From positions 225,122,001-225,186,000 of the forward strand of contig OZ024742.1 of assembly GCA_964016885.1 (NCBI GenBank): DNA of 64,000 bases. Reading direction: 5' to 3'. Below are positions 48,976 to 63,169 of the stretch, one piece after another. The stretch is from Eledone cirrhosa (lineage: Eukaryota). The translations under genes and the position numbers were made by a program. The notes under the pieces are model-generated. The model was not told the DNA's origin, ran no database searches, and was given only the letters and a program-made list of their open reading frames with translations. The first letter of the stretch is position 1. Each line of letters opens with the position of its first letter.

Positions 48976-49877
48976 CTTGAGTGCTACTGGTAACATGTAA
49001 ACCAGTATAACCTGTCACATGGTCGGGTCGTCGGCAACCCCCCCCCCTCCCGAAAACAGTTTGCTTGGTGATGAAGGTGGCTTTGGACACCCTGCAGGAT
49101 GAAAAACAAAACCTGGCAAAGGGCGAAGGAACTCATGTGAGTTACCGGCGATCCAATACTGTGTACACATGTATATATATCGTATGGGTGTGTAAATATG
49201 TATATGTAAATTTAAGTGTGCAGAGCTGCAGTAGATCTCACAGGTTGACACTGGAAGGTCTTTTGTGGTGTCCCCGTGTATCTCAGTGTCTGTTCAGCAA
49301 GCCACTCAGCGAACTGATGACGCGCAATACATACTCGTTTAAGCTGAGCAGCTAGCCTCTCTCAGCTCGAATATTGATCTGCGAGGTGAAAAGCCTCATC
49401 TACACGAGGTGCCTCTGTAAAGGCTATCATGGGATAGTCTAGCAGAACAGGTCGAATCTAGGGGAGGCAACCTCGATTAAAAAAAAACCCTGCTTATCTC
49501 ATAGTAAGCAGTACCTTATGCGACGATCATCAATTTAATAGATGACCTCAACATCGTGAACACCAGTAGCTTCGCCAGTAATTGACTATTAGTTCAACAA
49601 TGGGTTGGCACAAATGCTCTAGTTAGCGGAGAAATATATGAGTATGTAGGTGTGGTGAGCCGCGTATATTCTAGCCATTAGAAAATGCAAAATGAATGCT
49701 TCACCTTCGATGGAGGGATGACTCAAGAAGAAGAAAAGCAGAGAATTTAAGTACAAGGCTAACCATCTGGGAATAAGGGGAACAGTCAAGTGATTACACC
49801 TACCCCAGTATTTGACTGGTATTTCCTTTTAGATAGATGAATAGATAGATAGATAGATAGGTAGATAGAGAGAGAGG

Positions 49878-49910
<33 letters not shown>

Positions 49911-49921
49911 TGAGAGAGAGG

Positions 49922-49965
<44 letters not shown>

Positions 49966-50267
49966 ACAAAGTCGCCGTAATTTCGAGGATACGTGTTTGA
50001 TAATGATTAAAGAAAGTGGAATAAATTCTTGTAATTGATTAAAATTAATGTAGATGGGGAAGGTCAAAGAAAATCAAGGTTTAAAGTACCTTTATATAGA
50101 GAATTGTAATCAAAGAATTATTAGATCAAGTATTTTTACTATAAACTCCGTCATTGTTGACGGGTACTATGCCACTAAATATATATATATATACAGACAC
50201 GCATACACACACACACACACATACACATACACATATATATATATATGTGTGTGTGCGTGTGTATGTA

Positions 50268-50307
<40 letters not shown>

Positions 50308-50602
50308 AACACAGACATTATGGTGTCTTATGATTTCTGTTTTTGGTGTGAATCTGATAGTTTCTGTGGTGGCTGCCACCATTGTCGCCGTCACTGTTGT
50401 TTAAGCAAACCACACCACACTACACCACACCGCACTACACCACACCGCACTACACCACACCACCCAGGCTGGATCAATCTCACAACACAGTAGGCTGGTT
50501 GGTAAATCTATCAAAGTGTGAGATGTGACGATGAGAAGAGGTATTTAGTTATGGCTTATATTCCGTTCTGTAAACACACCAAAACACTGGCTAACAAGCC
50601 TA

Positions 50603-50633
<31 letters not shown>

Positions 50634-50921
50634 AACACATATATATACACACATATACACATACACACATATAACTGAGACATTAAACAATGGACTATTG
50701 TGATGAAGTATCTCTCTTCTTACACACTCTTGCATACATATACACACGCAGACATGATACATGCATACACATATATATATATATATGTGTATGCATATGT
50801 ATTTCTATATATGTATGCATCTATATATGTATGTGTGGGTATATATATATATTTATATTTATGTGTGTGTATACATATATATATACATCTATATATATAT
50901 ATATATACATATATATATACA

Positions 50922-51005
<84 letters not shown>

Positions 51006-51061
51006 GAAACACATACTTATGCATACATATATACATCTATACGCACACACACGCACACACT

Positions 51062-51098
<37 letters not shown>

Positions 51099-51254
51099 AT
51101 ACATATATGTGTGTATGTGTGTATGTGTTTCTCTCTCTCTCTCTCTCTCTCTATGTGTGTGTGTGCCTGTGAATGTGCCTGTATATATCCATGTGTCTCC
51201 ATGTGTGTAATATGTGTGTGTGTATTTGTTTGTGTGTATGTGCCTGAATGTTTA

Positions 51255-51335
<81 letters not shown>

Positions 51336-51581
51336 CATGTGTCTTCGATTTCTTCAGTTTCCTCTGTTATTACTAGGAACGCCTACATTTCACTGTGTAA
51401 ACATACCTCACCTCCAACACCCACATCTTTGGACACCTTCAGCTATTATGCTTTACGCTACACCACCGATATATATATATATACGTATATATATATATGT
51501 GTGTGTTGTGTGTGTTGTGTGTGTTGTGTGTGTTGTGTGTGTGTTGTGTGTGTGTCTCAGTGTGTGTGTGTGTGTGTATTA

Positions 51582-51993
51582 TTGGATTGGCAGTATAGGT
51601 AGAGCATCGGACAACATACTTTATGGCATAGAGTTGCGGCCCTTTACATTCTGCGTTCAAATCCTGCCGAGGTTAACTTTGCCTTTCATCCTTACGGGGG
51701 TCGATAAAATAAAGTACCAGTAATGTACTGGGGTCGATTTAATCGACTTTCCCCCTCTCCCAAAAAATTGTTGGCCTTGTGCCAAAATCTGGAACCATTA
51801 TTGGATTGGCAGTATCGGTAGAGCGTCAGATCAGACACCATGCTTTGCAGCATAGAGTTATGGCCCTTTACGGTCTGAGTTCAAATCCCGCCGAGGTTAA
51901 CTTTGCCTTTCATCCTTACGGGGTCGATAAAATAAAGTACCAGTAATGCAGTGGGGAAATTGCTGGCCTTGTACCAAAAGTAGAAACAATTAT
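51582..51993 (+). mobile_element. Tandem SINE A dimer (51582-51801, 51802-51993)
   Basis: Two head-to-tail copies joined by ATTATT. Confidence 0.9.
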
Positions 51994-52099
51994 TTAGAGG
52001 GTTTTCCCGAAGGTGATCGGGAAGAAACCACAGTTAATAAGGTACTTAATACATTATTAGAGAAGGTAGATATTTATTTTATATAGAAATGACTTCTAC

Positions 52100-52140
52100 A
52101 TGACTAGAACTGTTTCACTCTTTTGAAATCATCAGATCAT
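52100..52140 (-). ncRNA. Type I hammerhead-like motif in a PLE tail remnant
   Basis: Minus strand: atgat-CTGATGA-tttcaaaagagt-GAAA-cagttc-TA-gtcat. Confidence 0.5.
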
Positions 52141-52317
52141 TCCTGGTGATTTTAAACGAATGAGACAGTTCTTATCCGGTAAAAGTCATTTCTATATGAT
52201 ATAAATATGTATGCCTGTGTGTGTGTGTGTCTGTCTGTGTGTGTATATTTGTGTGCGTGCGTGTGTGCGCACGCGCGCGCGCATATAAACAATGAAAGGC
52301 TTACGAAGCGTGTAGTG

Positions 52318-54500
52318 CAGTGGCAGCGCGTAGCTAAAATTAGTGGCGGTGTTACTTCAGAAATTTTGAGCCATTGTTTTAATATTGTGTGAAACGAAAC
52401 AAACATAAAATGATAATTTATACATAAACTTGATAAAATCCTAAACGAAAAAAAATATTTTTTACTTACTAATAAATTGTTACAGTTCAAGCTTGATCCA
52501 TTCATTTAAAAATAAAATCCATTCTTGTTTTACTTTGAGCAAGAAGGTTAATAATTTTTCTCCTTGATCCATGGATGACTGTTGAGAAAAATTGTTCTCC
52601 ATTGAAAGCACTTGCGAATGCATTTAGTCTTTCAGGATTCATAGTGTTCCTTAGAAAAGATTTTTTTTTTTTTTCAGTATTGAAAAGCAGCATTCTGGCT
52701 CTGATGTAGTCATGGGAATTGTCAGGAGGATTTTTATCAGTTTCGTAATTTCACTAAGAACACCATCTAGATTATTTTCTAAGATAAATTTCAGCAGCTC
52801 GATTAATTTGCAATATTCATGAATATTGGATCTACAATAGAATACTTTTAGTTCAGTTTCAAGCTTTTCTTTGTTTCAAGCTTTGCTTCAGTAGTCAGTA
52901 CTATATCTTCTGCAGGGGCTCCATTCTTAAAACTAGTGAAGCTTTTCTTGTTGAAAAATTTAGCAGCTATTAAGTGTTTAGCGGAAGAATATATGTCTAT
53001 TATATCAACACATATGCAGTCACACACACACTTCCTGTGCTTCTGCCATGAGTGTCTTTGAAGGATTCTCACAGTACTTCGAGTTTCTTATTTCTAAAAT
53101 AGAAGTTTTGAAATCTGTTATATATTCATTGACTTTAAACACACCCATTTCTCGAGATTGCGTTTGGTTGTAAATTACTTCAACATGAGGCATAATATCA
53201 TGAAAAAACTCTAACTAAAATATAAAATATTCATCATTCAGGTATTTCAAAATTCATGTTGCTTTTGCAGTGGTTTAATCTGCATTTGATATTGACTGAA
53301 TTTCAGTAAGGCAGCTTTTTAAAGGTTGCAAATTTTCATGGACTACGTTCACGGCCCGTGTGTTGAAGTTCCACCTTGTAGAGGATGGACGTGAAATGCT
53401 GACCACAACATGTATCCATTCTTAAGAATGGATACATGTTGTGGTGATCTTGAGAAAAATTTTGGAATAGCCAAAATGTTAGAGAAAAATATTCTTGCGT
53501 TCTTTGCAATACTTGCTGCATTTCTCATTATTAAATTAATTTAATGTGCGTAACAGTGAATGAAATGTGCATTACTATAAACTGCTTTTATTTTTGCTTG
53601 AACTTCTGCGTTTTAGCACCACCATCAAATGTCTGAGCCATCAGTTTTTGTCCATTTCCTTGAAGGATTGTGTATAATTGTTCTAGTATATGTTTGATAT
53701 GCCATCTACAGTTTGATTTTCTGGAATAAATAATTCCCCAAAACGCGCAAATACTTCTTCATTCAACTCGTACCATAGATCAATGACTATTTCAGTATGT
53801 TCTGAAACATCTGTTGTGTCATCAGCCATGACGGCTACAAACGAAGCTTTTCTAATTTCTGTCCTTATCTCCTCGAGATAAATTTGTAGCAGGGAGTCAA
53901 GTATCTCATTCTGAATTGTCTCAAAAATACCTTTGAAGACCTTACCGGTTTCTAAGTGATTCTTCAAATCTGGATCTAATTTAGATGCAAAATTAATTAT
54001 CTTCTAAATACCGAATCATCTTTTTCATCATGTCCACGTAAGGGAATTTCAAAGTTTCCACAAAATAAAATTCAGTCTATTATTTGAGATAAAATTTCAC
54101 GGTTCTTTTTAATTTTCATGTTATTGGGGCAAACTCTGTATGCATCAACAAGTTCCTCCTTAATATTTACATTTCCTAAAAGTGACTGTGAAATCGCATT
54201 TTCAACATGCTTCTTTGACTTCTCGTGTTTTCAGTTTGTTTCTTTCATTTTGTTTATATTCCTAAAACCGTCTTTTGTCCAAACAGCAAACACAATGCAT
54301 TTTTCACTTCACAGCCGCAGAGCCAACATTTCCATTGGTTCCATTCAGAATCAAAGCTACGAATAACTCTCCTTTATTCTATCTTTTGTGTATAGGACAG
54401 AACAAAGGGGAGACACAACATAACAAATTAGTCACTGAGGAGCTCGCAGAATGTGTGACGAAAGAGCTTTGACAATAAATAAACAACCATCCGGTTATTA
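52318..54500 (-). pseudogene. Decayed hAT-superfamily DNA transposon (ZMYM1/DUF4371-like transposase)
   Basis: IQNEILD..SFVAVMADDTTDVSEHTE (53683-53967); LTIPMTTSEPE..FLRNTMNPERLNA dimerisation-domain motif (~52610-52730); CAGTGGC end at 52318. Many stops; the other TIR was not found. Confidence 0.82.
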
Positions 54501-54710
54501 AACCAACCAATTGGAAATTTGTTATAAATTGAAGTGAAAACCAACAGGTGCGTGTGTTTTTATTAGCAGCAATGACCCTCCCAAAGTATAACAATATCTG
54601 TTTCAACACAGTTTTCAGATAAGAAATCTTTCAGCAAAAGAAATACAAAAATTATATATATACATGGGGGGGGGGTATGTGTGCGGGTGTGTCTGTGTGT
54701 GTGTGTGTTG

Positions 54711-54797
54711 GAGAAGAAGAAGAAGAAGAAGAAGAAGAAGAAGAAGAAGAAGAAGAAGAAGAAGAAGAAGAAGAAGAAGAAGAAGAAGAAGAAGAAG
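54711..54797. repeat. (GAA)n microsatellite; similar tracts at ~56350-56437 and (TTC)n at ~61231-61316
   Basis: Direct inspection. Confidence 0.95.
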
Positions 54798-55417
54798 GGG
54801 AGCAACAATAACAATAACAACAATAACAACCATGTGACAACAGAACTTTAAAAACCGTATGGAAATATCATCCCATAAATCACTAGAAATATTTGAGAAG
54901 TAAAATAAAAAGATAAACGAGGAAAAAGTCCTTCTCCGTGGCTTGTGGGGTTTAGCTACAGACGCTGGTTTATTTATTTTGAAAATCATTCAACGGTTGT
55001 TTTGGTTAACTTACTTGATGCCTATCTATGGCTGTCGTCGTCGTCGTCGTAGTAGTAGTAGTAGTAGTAGGTGGTGGTGGTGGTGGTACTGTTGGTATTG
55101 GTGATGGTGTTGGTGTTGTTGGTGATGGTGTTGGTGCTGCTGTTGTTGTTGGTGGTGGTGGTGGTGATGGTGTTGCTGTTACTGTTAGTAGTTAGTAGTG
55201 GTGGTGGTGTTGTTGTTGTTGTTACTGTTGATAGTGTTGGTGGGAGTAGTCATCATCATTATTGTTGTTGTAGGTGGCGGTGGTGGGGATAGTAGTGGTG
55301 GTAGTTGTAGTGTCTTCACTGTTATTGTTATTGTTGTTGTTGATGGTTGTTTGTTTTATTATTTCCATCACATTTTATCTTACTGTTTAAATTATTTTCT
55401 TAGAAAATTCTCTCTCC

Positions 55418-55472
<55 letters not shown>

Positions 55473-55565
55473 TTTCTCCCCTCTCTCTCCCCTCTTTTTC
55501 CGCCCTCTCTCTCCCCTCTCTCCCTCTCTCCCCTCTCTGTCTACCTAACTATCTATCTATCTATT

Positions 55566-55635
<70 letters not shown>

Positions 55636-55636
55636 C

Positions 55637-55672
<36 letters not shown>

Positions 55673-55822
55673 AATTTACAGGGGAATTCGTATTTTCTGG
55701 CATGTTTACATTATTAGATATTAGATATGGTATATTTCTATACACGCTGGTGCAGTCTTGGTTTCACACTCTGTATTTATATGGATACAACTTTATCGTA
55801 CATTTTGGTTGCTAGCGCACTT

Positions 55823-55889
<67 letters not shown>

Positions 55890-55893
<4 letters not shown>

Positions 55894-56250
55894 GAGTTAA
55901 ACAAGATTCAATGAGTACATCAAAGAATGAGTTTTACAGTAGATTGGAAGCACTCTACAGTAAAATATTTTCCAGAGTTATTAATATAATATTAAATTCA
56001 AATATTAATTAAACATTTTCATATATATATATATGAAAATGTTTAATCCCGACGATTTAATCCAGAGCTCAAGCTGTTTCGACGGCTATTTCTGGACCGA
56101 AATAGCCGTCGAAACAGCTTGAGCGCTGCTGTCGGGGTTAAACATTTTCCTATTACCCACTCTACTACCCTAAGTATTGAGTACTCTGGTGCGTTATGGG
56201 TCCATCTGGTTCCTTACCACACCTCCTTCGTTATATTGTATATATATAAA
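55890..56250. mobile_element. PLE-like tail remnants with nested palindromes
   Basis: Perfect 26-bp inverted repeat 56067-56092/56099-56124; 55905-55985 resembles 32510-32580. Confidence 0.6.
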
Positions 56251-56308
56251 CAGATACCAAAAAGTAAGAGGGTGAGACAGAAAGAAAAAAGAATAAATTA
56301 ATGATGGA

Positions 56309-56352
<44 letters not shown>

Positions 56353-56907
56353 AGAAGAAGAAGAAGAAGAAGAAGAAGAAGAAGAAGAAGAAGAAGAAGA
56401 AGAAGAAGAAGAAGAAGAAGAAGAAGAAGAAGAAGAAATGAAGTGTTTTCATAGCGGATTGAAACGCCTAATAGCCACTTATCGTGTTGGGATATTTGCG
56501 ACAGATATTGTTAAAACAAACAATTTAAGTTCTTTCTTGTTCGTGTTGTTGTTGGAAGGGAGGCCATTTTGACGGAGGGTTGTGTGGAGAAATTCGCTGA
56601 CTAAACACACATTATATAAAGTTGTTACTGCTGTCATTATTGCTATTTCGACCTATTTGTCATTTTTTGTCTATTTGTTTGTTGTTGTTTTGTTTCTTTG
56701 CCAGTATTTACGCCATTTTGTTTGGTTTGCTGTGGTCGTTTTTTTGTTGAGTTAAATTTTCGTTTTGTTTTTCATTACGTCTTTAAGTGGTATCATAACT
56801 TGTGGATATAACCCCCAAGTGGTTTGTTTGTTAGCTTCCATGTTGCCATAATATCACTTCTGTATCGTTTAGACTTAAAGACGTACATTTTTGTTACTAT
56901 TTTCTAC

Positions 56908-56986
<79 letters not shown>

Positions 56987-57030
56987 ACTCTCTCTCTCTC
57001 TCTCTCTACATATATATATAAATATATATA

Positions 57031-57072
<42 letters not shown>

Positions 57073-57144
57073 AATCTGTTAAACAAGACTTCGCGACTTC
57101 AGCCAGCTTATTCTTAAGAATGATGAAATAATGTAATTATTCCA

Positions 57145-57285
57145 TGGTCGTGTGGTTAATGAGTTCGCTTCCTAACCACATGTGTCAGGGATACAGTCAC
57201 GCTGCTTGAGACAATAGGCAAATGTCTTCTATTATAACCTTGGGTCGACGTATGCCTGTGGATTGTGATAGACGAAAACTGCAGT
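57145..57285 (+). mobile_element. Decayed tRNA-derived SINE (third family)
   Basis: GTGTGGTTAA..CTTCCTAACCACATG..CAGTC..GGCAAATGTCTTCTATTATA head; a related minus-strand fragment is at ~33850-33925. Confidence 0.5.
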
Positions 57286-58064
57286 AAAACAAACCGCAAA
57301 ACAAAAGCACCGCAAAATCTTATATGACGTTACAAGTTTATTTTGTTCTCGCGTCACGAAATAAATTTTACATTTCAATTTTTTTGTACGAAAATAAAAT
57401 TTATTGTTTGATTTTTAAATAATTCAAGTGTCTTTTGTGGTTATGCAAACGGATAAGGAAGGGAAAGGCAAGGCTCTAGGGTCACATAAGAATGGGGAAG
57501 AGGAAGGGGTGATGGGCTCTAGGCCTAGGGCGCTGCAGTATTGGGGCTGCGCCCCGCAGACAAGACCGCAAAAGTATTCCCGTGGACAATGGCCAGCGAC
57601 AAACGCTGCAACAGCCACCCCACCTGGCGAGGCTCCTTCCTCATATTTCGAATCTCATAGAAGTTGCCGTGCTGTCCTGTTTCAATCATACATCTGCTTA
57701 TTACTTATTCATATACCATCTTTGTTTAAGTTGGCGTGGACTGCTCAATATTTTGTAAAACGTCGGTGTATTAAATAAAATAAACCGTTCTACGAAATAT
57801 GTTGGAGAGAGTTTGTATCTATTGCAAGTTAAAATTGTAACGTTCCCTTTTAATATATCTGGAGAGCGGTATTTCTGCTAGTGTGTGTGGGGGGGGGGGG
57901 GGGCGTGTGTGTGTACGCGCACGCCTGTGTGTGTCCGTATCTATGGTTGTTTGTATCCTGTAATCTAGCGGCTAATAACAGTATATAAAATTGATAATAT
58001 TTAAGGGATTTTTGTGTATTTTCAACTATTCTAACCTCCAACAAGCTCGCTTATTTTCCGACAA

Positions 58065-58280
58065 CATTGCTCCAGTCCACTCAGCTGGAAAAAATGAGTT
58101 GTACCTATAATTCGAAGAGTGAGCATTGTTACATTGTGTGTCACGCTGAATCTCCCTGAGAACTACGTTAAGGGTATGTGTATCTGTGGAATGTTCAGCC
58201 ACTTGCACGTTAATTTCAATAGCAGGCTGTTCCATTGATCGGATCAACTGGAACACTCATCGTCGTAACTGACGGGGTAC
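58065..58280 (+). mobile_element. 3' body of SINE family B; another decayed head at ~58755-58865
   Basis: TTGCTCCAGTCCACTCAGCTG continues the CORE-like segment seen at 34130-34163; its end is shared with several fragments in the window. Confidence 0.65.
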
Positions 58281-59467
58281 CTTCCATGTATTTATACATG
58301 TGCATATGTATACAAATTAATTTACACTTCAGCACTACTGATTCTGTTTGATTCGGGTTATTTCTGCTTTTCTCTAGTATTATTTCTTTCGATTTATTTT
58401 TATTCTCGAGGGAAGTTTTTGGTTCACTGTCTTATTTTTTATTTGATTTTTTAGAATTTGTTTTGTATCTTTGAGGCTTCAAATATGTTCATGGATCCCG
58501 AAAATATTACCGTTCCCACCCCAATTGCTACTTTTTGTATATACCCCCCCCCCCCCAGTCTTATATGGTCCCGGAGAGGCCGTATTGAATCCAGTTGAGA
58601 ACCACTGTGTTAATCAAACAATTGGAACATACATTCATCATCAAAATGAAACCGACGGAGTTCCATTCTATTCCATTCCAATCTTCTACTCAATTTTAAA
58701 TCTCCACGCATCTGTAGAATGTTCTGTCACTTACGTGCACGTTACTTTCACGAAGATGCGCGCCCTATGGTTAGAATGATCATATGGTCGTGGGCTCGAT
58801 TGCTGAGCCGGGCAGAGCGAACGTCATGCTCTTAAGCAAAATACATTATTTCATGTTGCTAGTTCTGCTACGAGTTGCGACCAGCAGACAGTACTTGTAT
58901 CAGCAATGGAAAGCAGACCTACCAACCCCTAAAATCCCAAACGGAGAGTACCATGAAAAAAAGTGCCTCAAAACGGGGAGAAATGATGCAAAATGTGGAG
59001 ATCTTACATAATGAAAGGTATAACCATTTTCACTAGAGAAGACATCTCTCACCCACCTCAAGTGGGTGGGAGATCTCTCCGGCAGACGAGAAGAGTTGAC
59101 AGGTCTGGGAAAGACTAATGGAAACATTGTTTCTTTCGTCCAACCTAACGATAAGTTGATTTCGTTTCATGAGCAAACTTCTTCTATTGATCAAACAACT
59201 GGAACACTCATCGCCGTAACCGACACTAACCAAGGTCCATTCAATTATTCTACCGAATTTGTTTCCGTACGGCTTTGTTCTAACTTTTTATTAATACAAT
59301 TCATTTTACTTTCTATTGGCCGAATCTGAAAAAAATATATCACTTGTACCACTACACCATCATCACAACATAAAACACACCAGCCCAACCACTAAACACT
59401 ACCATTCTCAGATAACCGTGTCATCCATCAAAACAACACATACCTACCTAGCTATCAAACCATTTAG

Positions 59468-59518
<51 letters not shown>

Positions 59519-59662
59519 TAGATAACTAAATGGTTTGAATTATTTTCCCACATCTTACGTTAACTATTTTTCCATGTTGACGCTATAGTCACTTATATAT
59601 TATGGAATACTGTTGGCTTCTTGCTACAATAATTTCTATACTTTTCATTTATATATATATAA

Positions 59663-60497
59663 ATTTTCAATCACATATATTTTTATTTGTTTGACCCGAA
59701 TTACTTGGTCGTTTTGGGGGGCCGTGCGGATGATTGTTTAACCATCGTTTCAGTGTGTTTGTCCTTTAACGTATGTAGTAGCTCTGGTTCATCTGAATCA
59801 TTGAGCGCTTGCCACACATCTCGGAGGTTGTTTTTCGGTAATTCCTAAGCCGAAATACGATTCTCGCTAATTTATATTTGTAATAATCTCCAGAGTCTAG
59901 CTATTGACCAGTTAATTTTCTTGATTTTTTTAGTTGATTCTATTGACTGATGAATAGCTTATGTTAACTTATAACCATTCTGTTGAGAGCTTTATTCGAT
60001 TTGTGATGTTTTGCATTCTCGCAATAATATACACAACTGAATTCATTCGCCTAAAATAAGGGTTGCCTCCCTTGCCGAGCTCCACGTGGGGTCGGTAACG
60101 GTCATTCCCTAAATTAGCACTCGAACTAAAACCTGTTGAAAAAGTGGCTTCCTTATTCAATCACCTTACCAGAAGCCTAACATTATTTATGTAAGCGGAC
60201 AGTACTTGATTTAGGAGTCTCAGAAACCCAAATGCTGAATTTCACCAACCTTCCAGGGGTCCGGGTAAATTTTCAATCACATATATTTTTATTTGTTTGA
60301 CCCGAATTACTTGGTCGTTTTATTTTTTTTTTTTGGGGGGGGGGCTGTGTGGATGATTGTTTAACCATCGTCTCAGTGTGTTTGGCCTTTAACGTATGTT
60401 GTAGCTCTGGTTCATCTGAATCATTGAGCGCTTGCCACACATCTCGGAAGTTGTTTTTCGTTAATTCCTAAGCCGAAATACGATTCTCGCTAATTTA

Positions 60498-60503
<6 letters not shown>
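59663..60503 (+). repeat. ~215-230-bp direct repeats (59663-59877, 60270-60500) around a ~390-bp spacer, ending in (TA)n
   Basis: Direct alignment by eye; partial-tandem layout typical of PLE pseudo-LTRs. Confidence 0.7.
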
Positions 60504-60582
<79 letters not shown>

Positions 60583-60639
60583 CTACCTGTCTATTTATCT
60601 TCATACCTACCAAACTATCTATCCCTATATTCATCTGCA

Positions 60640-60719
<80 letters not shown>

Positions 60720-60826
60720 CATCTATCCAGCACAACCGATGAAGCACTTTATTTCCAATACATCAACCGTTTCTAGTTGGAACGACAGGAAGAGACATTA
60801 TCTTTAAAACAACCACGGCAACGCAC

Positions 60827-60892
<66 letters not shown>

Positions 60893-61029
60893 TCAGTTTT
60901 TTCCACTTGTCTCATGTGCTCTTCTCTGCCATCCTTATCTATCTCAACAACTCTTTCTCTATCCTTTGCTCTTTCCTAATTTTACTCAATCCATCTCTCA
61001 CCCTCTGTAGTAATGTCTCTCTCTCTCAC

Positions 61030-61127
<98 letters not shown>

Positions 61128-61151
61128 AATTTATAAATTTATCTCTCTTTC

Positions 61152-61190
<39 letters not shown>

Positions 61191-61692
61191 AGCCATTGTT
61201 TGTCTCTCTTTTTTCGTTTTCTTAGTAGAATCTTCTTCTTCTTCTTCTTCTTCTTCTTCTTCTTCTTCTTCTTCTTCTTCTTCTTCTTCTTCTTCTTCTT
61301 CTTCTTCTTCTTCTTCCTCTTTTTATTCGTCTGTCTTCTTTTTATCAGTATTATTATCACCATTATCATCATCATCATCACCGTCATCATCAACATCACC
61401 ATCATCATCGCCACCACCACCATCATCATCATCATCATCATCATCATCATTATTATTACTGTTATTATTTATCATTTATTATTGTTTTTATCCTCCATCG
61501 ATGTCAACGTCACACAGATCAATCTAGAACGATGACCCAGGCAGGAGTTAATTAGAAACGCCGGATTTCGTAGTCTTTTTAACCATGTCTGAACTCTCGC
61601 GTAATCCCATGAGACTTTGACATATGTCGCTTTATTTGACGTTCGTTGTCTTTAAATGGGCGGGCCAACTGTCATTGTCATCACAAACCACA

Positions 61693-61748
<56 letters not shown>

Positions 61749-63169
61749 GCGACATACGTTTTTATCTCTCAACAACAATCACCAATATCATCAACTACAC
61801 TACTACCACAGCCTCTATTACACTCTTCTCTTACTCACCTAATCCAATCTTTCTATATCACTCTCTCTTTCCCTCCCTCATTCTCTCTCTCTATCTATCT
61901 ATCTATCTATCTTTCTATCTATCTTTCTCTCTCTATATATATATATACTCTTTTACTCTTTTACTCTTTTATATATATATATATATATACACTATATATA
62001 TGGTTTGTCTTTCTATCTATCTTCCATATTACGATTCCCATCTCTCATTCATCTCTTCGACCCACCCCTGTTGTCAACACTATCATGTTTTTCCTGGCCA
62101 GGAGGTGGTTGGCAGACTGTATAGTTAGTTAGCGCATTGACCAAGATGGCAGAGGAAGGCAATATAACTCATCGTTTCATTTAACTCTAAGGTATGTGAT
62201 CTAATATGCAGGCAATAAAAACTGTTGAACAAGTACACATAGAAAATTATGAAATACAACAAAAAGGAATAATATCCCAACTCTACAGATTTTCCCATTT
62301 TTTGTATTTCTTGTAATGGTTCTCAGAGATGCCGGTCAATTTTTTCCCTTTGCAATCTCAGTTTTCCTCAATTCCTTCCCCAATTTGGAATTATCAAGCA
62401 AGTTTTGTTTTCTTTTTTCTATGCGGGCACCATATTAATATGATCAAGCTTTTCAAAGCTCTGTAACTGTATAGTCCCAAACTAGGTTAAATCTAAAGTA
62501 ACAGTTAATTCGTGATCATCCTTATAGTTGGGTATATTGGTACTTCATTTGATACATAATGCACATTATGCTTTCCCGGTTTGGATTCCTTCCATATATC
62601 CTTTGAGATGGCTCTTCCAGCGCGTCTCCCTAATCCTCCTCCAGGGAAACGCCTTCTCTATTCTGTCCGCCGGGGCCTCGGGGCGGCCAGCGCGTGAGCT
62701 TCTATTTGCTCATAATAGTGAGAGTTGGGGAGAGCGAGAGAGACGGATGCAGTGACAGTGGCAGTTTCGTTCCTTTGTGTTCGGACCTGGTGTATATTTA
62801 TTTACCGCACCACATATTAGGACAGTACAATCAACAGTAATAATTTTTATAACGCACCAATAAAACTGCACAACTTCCTTGGTTAAAATCCCTCTATTTG
62901 GAATTGAAATTGTTCACCTTGGAGTCAATTGCCTCTCATTGTATAATCACAGACCTAGAGAATAGACGCAGGCGTAGGTATATGGTTAATTAGTTCGATA
63001 AAATAAAGTACCAGCTATGGTGGCTTCTAGTGACAGTAGGCCTTATCCACTACAATAAAAGTAACTAATCGGTAAACAAAAAGAAATAACAGAAATTTAA
63101 CATTACATCAAGTTTCACGTATGCGGTGAATTGGCTGTCGTTAGAACATCGGCTTTTCGAGATTTCACT

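Noticed and set aside
49314-49400. CTGATGA, long hairpin and GAAA
   Set aside because: Stem I and stem III do not form.
58540-58607. hAT MITE end (reverse complement CAGTGGTTCTCAAC)
   Set aside because: No partner TIR or TSD found, so the element cannot be delimited.
59947-60010. CTGATGA suggesting a hammerhead
   Set aside because: No correctly placed GAAA/UH or stem I.
62610-62790. Short GC-rich patch suggesting a promoter or exon
   Set aside because: No supporting ORF, splice context or repeat match in the window.
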